Shown one piece after another: positions 33,934-38,580 of a DNA stretch of 38,580 nucleotides. Below the pieces are notes generated by a model that was not told where the DNA came from, made no database searches, and saw only the letters and a list, made by a program, of their open reading frames with translations. The stretch covers positions 1 to 38,580 of the forward strand of contig CAYIWD010000003.1 in assembly GCA_964367055.1 (NCBI GenBank). Reading direction: 5' to 3'. The stretch is from an uncultured Candidatus Saccharibacteria bacterium. Lineage in GTDB: Bacteria; Patescibacteriota; Minisyncoccia; UBA6257; UBA9933. The stretch's first letter is position 1. Every line of letters starts with the position of its first letter. A program made the translations under genes and the position numbers.

Positions 33934-34881
33934 TTAGGATTTAGGGTGCAATTTATCGATTATCGATTGAATTTCTTCTGGTGAATAAAAAGTAATAATG
34001 ATTTTGCCGCCGTCGCCGGATTTTTCTATTTTTACCGGCGCGCTTAAAAGTTCAATTAATTTTTCTTGGAGCATATTTGTTTCCGGGTCAACCGCGGTTT
34101 GTATTTTGTATTCTGTATTTTGTATTTTGCTATTTTTTTTGACGCGCTGGCGTAATTCTCTGACGCTTAAATTATTATTCAGTAATTCATTAAAAAGATT
34201 TTTTTGTTGAAGCGGGTCTTCAATTATTAAAAGCAGTCGCGCTTGGCTTTCGTTAATTTGATTTTTTGCCACCGCGTCTTGAATCTCAGTCGGCAGATTT
34301 AATAATCTTAGAGTATTGGCAATAGTTTCTCTACTTTTTCCCAAACGCCCGGCGATTTCTCTTTGGGTGATGCCGAATTCTTCCTGAAGCTTAGCGTAAG
34401 CGCGAGCAGTTTCAACTGGATTAAGATTTTCTCTTTGAAGGTTTTCCAAAACCGCTAGTTCCAATTTTTCTGATTTTTGGGAAATTTTCCTGATAATTAC
34501 CGGTACTCTTTCCCAGCCCAGTATTTTGGTGGCCATTAGTCGTCTTTCTCCAGTAATCAGTTCATACTCAACGCTCGTGCCCATTTCATTTTCTGTTTCA
34601 ATTTTGGAAACAACTAACGGCTGAAGAATGCCGAATTCCTGAATTGAAGCAGCTAATTCTTTTAAAGTCGCTTCGTCAAAATTGCGGCGCGGTTGATGAG
34701 GATTAGGCTTGATTTTATCTACTTCAATATGGAAGATGGCGTCTTGATGAGCCGACGGCTTTTCGTTTTGAGGGATTATCGTTTGACTTATTTTTGAAGT
34801 AGTAAAATCTTCTGCCTGAGGAGGTTGTTGAATATCATTTTTTTTCGGAATTAATGAAGCTAAACCTTTTCCTAATGGCAT
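33934..34881 (-). CDS. parB: chromosome partitioning protein ParB/Spo0J
   Basis: LGKGL.SLI, PNPHQPR..F, GILQPL, GERR, ENLQRENL and HTH GKSR..IAN.LRLL. Confidence 0.96.
   Translation of the reverse strand: MPLGKGLASLIPKKNDIQQPPQAEDFTTSKISQTIIPQNEKPSAHQDAIFHIEVDKIKPNPHQPRRNFDEATLKELAASIQEFGILQPLVVSKIETENEMGTSVEYELITGERRLMATKILGWERVPVIIRKISQKSEKLELAVLENLQRENLNPVETARAYAKLQEEFGITQREIAGRLGKSRETIANTLRLLNLPTEIQDAVAKNQINESQARLLLIIEDPLQQKNLFNELLNNNLSVRELRQRVKKNSKIQNTEYKIQTAVDPETNMLQEKLIELLSAPVKIEKSGDGGKIIITFYSPEEIQSIIDKLHPKS
34098..34129. repeat. heptamer array in parB
   Basis: TTTGTAT TTTGTAT TCTGTAT TTTGTAT TTTG, encoding KIQNTEYKIQ. Confidence 0.8.
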
Positions 34882-34892
34882 AAATTTAGAAG

Positions 34893-35666
34893 TTAGATAT
34901 TAGAAATTTCTAGCACTATTATTTCCCTTGCCAACCTTTCGTACGCTTTGGCGCCTGGAGAATTCGGGTCGTATAAAATTATCGGTTTGCCAAAACTCGG
35001 CGCTTCAGCCAAAGCCACAGAGCGGGGGATTTCGGCTTCATAAACGTAATAAGGGAAATTTTTTCTGACTTCATATGCCACTTCTCGCGATAATTTTTCT
35101 CTTTTATCATACATTGTAAGTAACCCGCCCGCAATATTTATTTGACGACTAAGATTGTTATTAATCAAATCAACGATTTCTAAAAGCTGGCTTAATCCTT
35201 CAAGCGAATAATATTCGCATTGAATCGGAATTAAAACTTCGTCAGCCGCCACTAAGCCGTTAATAGTTAATAAATTTAAGCTTGGCGGCAAATCAATAAA
35301 AATATAATCGTATTCATGCCGTAAGCGGTTAATAAACTTTCTCAAAAAAAATTCTCGCTCATCTAAACCGACAAGCTCTATTAAAGCGCCAGCCAAATCT
35401 TGGTTAGCGGGAATAATGTGATAATTATAAAGCAGGGTATTTTTAATAACATTGGCGATTTCCGCGTAGCCGAAAATGGCGTGATAAATATGGTCAGTTA
35501 TTTTTTTCGGCTCAAAACCCAAACCAGAAGTGGCATTCGCTTGCGGGTCAAAATCAATTAATAAAACTCTTTTGCCAAGAGCGGCTAAGTATGCGGGGAG
35601 ATTAATGGCGGTCGTCGTTTTTCCCACGCCACCCTTTGCATTACAAATTGTGATAACTTTAGCCAT
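34893..35666 (-). CDS. parA: ParA/Soj ATPase
   Basis: KGGVGKTT, DFDPQANAT, QCEYYSLEG and EAPSFG motifs. True start is MAKVIT at 35666. Confidence 0.96.
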   Translation of the reverse strand: MAKVITICNAKGGVGKTTTAINLPAYLAALGKRVLLIDFDPQANATSGLGFEPKKITDHIYHAIFGYAEIANVIKNTLLYNYHIIPANQDLAGALIELVGLDEREFFLRKFINRLRHEYDYIFIDLPPSLNLLTINGLVAADEVLIPIQCEYYSLEGLSQLLEIVDLINNNLSRQINIAGGLLTMYDKREKLSREVAYEVRKNFPYYVYEAEIPRSVALAEAPSFGKPIILYDPNSPGAKAYERLAREIIVLEISNI

Positions 35667-35672
35667 ATCTTT

Positions 35673-35701
35673 ACTATAACGTTTTTTGGTGTTATTATCA
35701 A
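35673..35701 (-). promoter_or_regulatory. sigma70-type promoter of parA, probably leaderless
   Basis: TTGATA-17 bp-TATAGT, 6 nt before the ATG. Confidence 0.7.
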
Positions 35702-35710
35702 TGAAAATTT

Positions 35711-35797
35711 GCCCGGGTGCTGGAATTAGCAGACAGGATGGACTCAAAATCCATTGTTCGTAAGGACGTGAGAGTGCAAGTCTCTCCCCGGGCACCA
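35711..35797 (+). tRNA. tRNA-Leu(CAA), CCA encoded
   Basis: Acceptor GCCCGGG/CCCGGGC-A-CCA, anticodon arm ATGGA-CTCAAAA-TCCAT, long variable arm. The T-loop reads TGCAAGT. Confidence 0.92.
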
Positions 35798-35807
35798 AAA
35801 CTAAATT

Positions 35808-36062
35808 ATGATAATTTTTACCAAACACGCCAGAAACAAATTTGAAATTCTAAAAAGGCATAAATTTTTAATTGTCGAAAAACAAGTTGTAAAAACATTA
35901 GAAAATCCGGATTTAGTTGATAAATCGCGCTTGCCGCTTTTAATCGCCCAGCGAAAAATTGACAGAAATCACGTTTTAAGAGTAGTATATAAACAAGAAT
36001 TTGATGTTATAAAAGTTATCACATTTTATCCAGGAAGAATAAAACAATATGATGAAAAATAA
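35808..36062 (+). CDS. DUF4258-like protein (putative RelE/BrnT-fold toxin)
   Basis: IIFTKHA......R...V...L..P...LRVVY......VIT.Y pattern. Confidence 0.75.
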   Translation: MIIFTKHARNKFEILKRHKFLIVEKQVVKTLENPDLVDKSRLPLLIAQRKIDRNHVLRVVYKQEFDVIKVITFYPGRIKQYDEK

Positions 36063-36297
36063 AAATAAAGTAAAAATTTCATACGAACCAGACGCTGATA
36101 TTTTAATGTGGGAAATTACCGACGAGCCGATTGATTTCGCCAAAGAAGTCGGAGACGTTGTTGTCCATTTTACCAAAAATAACATACCGGTTTTGATTGA
36201 GATTTTAGAAGCCAGCAAATTTTTGGTAAAAGCAAAAAATCTTATAAAAAAACAAGACGGAATTTTAATTGGAAAATCAGCTTTAGCTGTTAAATAA
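36049..36297 (+). CDS. DUF2283-like protein (putative partner or antitoxin)
   Basis: KISYEPDADIL ... IEILEASK pattern. Overlaps the upstream gene. Confidence 0.75.
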   Translation: MMKNKNKVKISYEPDADILMWEITDEPIDFAKEVGDVVVHFTKNNIPVLIEILEASKFLVKAKNLIKKQDGILIGKSALAVK

Positions 36298-36363
36298 AAG
36301 CCACCATATTTTAATTTTGGAGGGAGAAAAGTTTTTAATCCTTACAATATAGATAAGGAGTAT

Positions 36364-36570
36364 TTGATTTGGAACATACCCCTTGTCTTGCTTTTAATTT
36401 ACATATTTGGTGTGTATATAAAATCTACCTGTTTTGATGACGATCAACAAAATGTACCCCAATTATTGCCACTAACCAAAAAGGAAAAGTTGTTATGGGG
36501 AACAAGGTGGTTATTGCTTACGGTTATTCTGTTTGCCGTTGCTTTTTATTCAAATTATTTAGAAGGTTAA
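36364..36570 (+). CDS. small two-TM hypothetical protein
   Basis: Two hydrophobic segments, with TAAGGAG just upstream. Start uncertain. Confidence 0.5.
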   Translation: MIWNIPLVLLLIYIFGVYIKSTCFDDDQQNVPQLLPLTKKEKLLWGTRWLLLTVILFAVAFYSNYLEG

Positions 36571-36584
36571 GTAAAAAAAATATA

Positions 36585-37334
36585 ATGCAAAATCAAATTC
36601 GCGTAATTTATGAAGATAAAAATTTCTTGGCGGTTTATAAGCCGGCAGGCGTGCTGGTACACAGCACGCAATTAAGAATTAAGAATGCAGAATTAAGAAT
36701 TAATGAGCCGACCTTGGTTGATTGGGTGCTAAAAAAATATCCGGAAATTAAGAATGTCGGTGATCAACCAGAAATCCGGCCGGGTATTGTGCATCGTTTG
36801 GACAAAGACACTTCCGGTGTTATTTTAGTTGCTAAAAACCAGAAATATTTTGAATATTTAAAAAATCTTTTTAAGGTCGGGCAAATTAAAAAAACTTATC
36901 TGGCTTTGGTTTATGGCAGGGTTGAGCCAAAAACCGGAGTTATAAAAAAACCAATTTATCTTAAACCCGGCACAATTAAAAGAACCATCTGGCAAGGTAA
37001 AATGGAAAAAGAAGCGATTACGGAATATCGTGTGCTGAAATATTTTCATATAACAAATCAGGACGATCGTCGCAATTTGTTATATTTTTCTTTAATTAAG
37101 GTGATGCCCAAAACCGGTCGCACACACCAAATTAGAGTTCATATGGCTTCAATTCAGCATCCTGTTGTTGGCGACGCTCTTTACGGCTTAAAAACAAATC
37201 CGTTTGGTTTGAAAAGATTATTTCTTCACGCCGAATCATTGGAATTTGAAGCGACGAGTGGCCAAAGAATTAAAATTGAATCCGGTTTACCGGAAGAGTT
37301 AAAATTGATTTTGAAAAAGTTGACTAATAAATAA
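36585..37334 (+). CDS. RluA/RluD-family pseudouridine synthase (no S4 domain)
   Basis: IYED, KPAG..VH, HRLDKDTSG, TGRTHQIRVH and LHA motifs. Start set to MQNQIR at 36585. Confidence 0.94.
   Translation: MQNQIRVIYEDKNFLAVYKPAGVLVHSTQLRIKNAELRINEPTLVDWVLKKYPEIKNVGDQPEIRPGIVHRLDKDTSGVILVAKNQKYFEYLKNLFKVGQIKKTYLALVYGRVEPKTGVIKKPIYLKPGTIKRTIWQGKMEKEAITEYRVLKYFHITNQDDRRNLLYFSLIKVMPKTGRTHQIRVHMASIQHPVVGDALYGLKTNPFGLKRLFLHAESLEFEATSGQRIKIESGLPEELKLILKKLTNK
36670..36704. repeat. heptamer array in the pseudouridine synthase gene
   Basis: AATTAAG AATTAAG AATGCAG AATTAAG AATTAAT, encoding LRIKNAELRIN. Confidence 0.82.
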
Positions 37335-37348
37335 GTAGTTGCTAATAT
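37320..37348 (+). promoter_or_regulatory. sigma70-type promoter of rplS
   Basis: TTGACT-17 bp-TAATAT, 8 nt before the ATG. Confidence 0.6.
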
Positions 37349-37356
37349 GTCATCGT

Positions 37357-37659
37357 ATGATTGATAAAGAAATTTTAGATCGAATAAAATCCGGAGCTAT
37401 GATTTCTGTTCAGGATAAATTCGGCAGTTTTCAGGGCATAGTTTTGGCTAGGAAACACGGCAATGAAATTGGCGCGACTTTTACGGTTAGGGCAACTATT
37501 GCCGGAGTAGCAGTAGAAAAAATTTACCCGATTAATTCACCTAATATTTTAAAAGTGAAAATTTTAAGTTCTCCAAAAAAAGTCCATCGGTCAAAACTTT
37601 ATTTCTTGCGCAATATCTCCAAGAAAAGATCACGTCAAAAAATCGGCGTGGCGGCGTAA
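37357..37659 (+). CDS. rplS: 50S ribosomal protein L19 (shortened)
   Basis: F.GIVLAR, TFTVR....GV.VE..YP..SP and V.RSKLYFLR motifs. Confidence 0.92.
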   Translation: MIDKEILDRIKSGAMISVQDKFGSFQGIVLARKHGNEIGATFTVRATIAGVAVEKIYPINSPNILKVKILSSPKKVHRSKLYFLRNISKKRSRQKIGVAA

Positions 37660-37845
37660 ACAACTTTAAATTAAAAGCAAATTTTACTATTTATATTATA
37701 TTTGTTTAATTTTTTATATATATATTAGGTATACGCTAATAGCTTGAGGTATGATATAATGATTTGGGGTAGGGAAGAGCGGAAAAAATAATAAAAATGC
37801 AGTAAAGAAGATGGGAAAAAGACGAGAAAAAGAAAAATAATTACT

Positions 37846-38493
37846 ATGAAACCGTTAGAAAAAGTTAAAATTAAGTGGTCGTCGAATTTTGCTTACGCGA
37901 TAGGGCTTTTAACAACCGATGGAAGTTTATCAACGGATGGAAGACATATAGAAATTACATCAAAAGACGAAGAGCAGCTTAAAAATTTTATTAAATGTTT
38001 AAATATTAAAAATAAAATAGGATTTAAACATTCTGGTTCTGGCAAATTACATAAAAGAGTCCAATTCAGTGATGTTAATTTTTATAAATTTTTAATGATT
38101 ATCGGCCTAATGCCAAGAAAAACGAAAATAATAGCGGCCATAAAAATTCCAAAAAGTTATTTTTTTGATTTTTTACGCGGCCACTTTGATGGCGATGGAA
38201 CTTTTTATTCTTATTGGGATCCGCGCTGGAGATCTAGCTATATGTTTTATAGTGTTTTTGTTTCGGCGAGCAAAAGTCATATTGGTTGGCTTCAAAAAGA
38301 AATTTCTAATTTTTTGAAAATAAAAGGACATATTACAAAAAGCGTTAATGATTCGGTTTATCAACTAAAATACGCAAAGGCGGAATCATTGAAATTATTG
38401 CCAAAAGTATATTATGATAAGAACGTAATTTGCCTTTCGCGAAAACGGCAGAAAATAGAAAAGGCATTAAAAATAATTAATAAAAATCTATAA
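37846..38493 (+). CDS. free-standing two-motif LAGLIDADG endonuclease-like protein
   Basis: Motifs AYAIGLLTTDGS and DFLRGHFDGDG, ending in LSRK. Confidence 0.88.
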   Translation: MKPLEKVKIKWSSNFAYAIGLLTTDGSLSTDGRHIEITSKDEEQLKNFIKCLNIKNKIGFKHSGSGKLHKRVQFSDVNFYKFLMIIGLMPRKTKIIAAIKIPKSYFFDFLRGHFDGDGTFYSYWDPRWRSSYMFYSVFVSASKSHIGWLQKEISNFLKIKGHITKSVNDSVYQLKYAKAESLKLLPKVYYDKNVICLSRKRQKIEKALKIINKNL

Positions 38494-38507
38494 AAATATA
38501 CAGATAC

Positions 38508-38580
38508 GCGCGGGTGGTGAAACCTGGTAAACACGCCATCTTGAGGTGGTGGTGCCGAAAGGCTTGGAGGTTCAAATCCT
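38508..38580 (+). tRNA. tRNA-Leu(GAG), truncated by the window end
   Basis: GCGCGGG TG GTG AAACCTGGTAAA CAC G CCATC-TTGAGGT-GGTGG, variable arm GCC-GAAA-GGC, GGAGG-TTCAAAT-CCT. Confidence 0.92.

Noticed and set aside
35776-35782. Non-canonical T-loop TGCAAGT in tRNA-Leu(CAA) as a sign of pseudogenisation
   Set aside because: All stems, the discriminator and CCA are intact, so it is more likely a tolerated variant.
35667-35828. 54-aa N-terminal extension of ParA in the ORF track
   Set aside because: It is the antisense of tRNA-Leu(CAA), and a promoter sits just before ATG 35666.
36300-36306. GCCACCA as an attR copy of the tRNA-Leu 3' end (GGCACCA)
   Set aside because: Only 6 of 7 bases match, which is within chance, and no integrase is present.
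36495-36584. N-terminal extension of the pseudouridine synthase
   Set aside because: It overlaps the upstream ORF and has no family similarity. Homology starts at MQNQIRVIYED.
33934-37845. parS site or oriC near parAB and the AT-rich 37670-37730 stretch
   Set aside because: I saw no TGTTTCACGTGAAACA-like palindrome and no DnaA-box cluster by eye.
11-38364. Many short antisense or nested ORFs (e.g. 11-367, 1241-1804, 2028-2231, 27325-27540, 27790-27975, 31191-31763)
   Set aside because: They shadow well-supported genes or tRNAs and show no recognisable motifs.
1-38580. Alternative genetic code (UGA = Gly)
   Set aside because: TGA ends rpmI, ppsA, argS and others at expected positions, and long genes are intact under code 11.

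Overview
AT-rich bacterial chromosome segment that looks like Patescibacteria/CPR (Parcubacteria-like, standard code 11). That lineage call is inferred from gene content and style. The window is mostly housekeeping: cca, hup, rny, a lower-glycolysis block (gpmI, eno, ppsA, glycerate 2-kinase), ileS with an inserted histidine-phosphatase domain, argS, smpB-ssrA-infC-rpmI-rplT, polX, a membrane-anchored Clp ATPase, dprA-topA, rel, parAB, a pseudouridine synthase and rplS. It also holds 8 tRNA genes (one cut by the window end). The unusual layer is small. A 34-bp double hairpin (TCCGAC-N4-GTCGGA-CTCCGAC-N4-GTCGGAG) sits at the same D-loop position in three broken tRNA copies, each near an intact tRNA, and as a 36-bp frame-preserving copy beside the catalytic DxD of the CCA enzyme. 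The tRNA-Ile(GAT) locus is a nest of four copies or fragments around a small GIY-YIG nuclease gene. Many other short palindromes and 7-/10-mer arrays lie in frame inside core proteins. The best candidate for an undescribed system is a tRNA-targeting GIY-YIG/hairpin-repeat element. Protein calls rest on motif recognition only; no searches were run.
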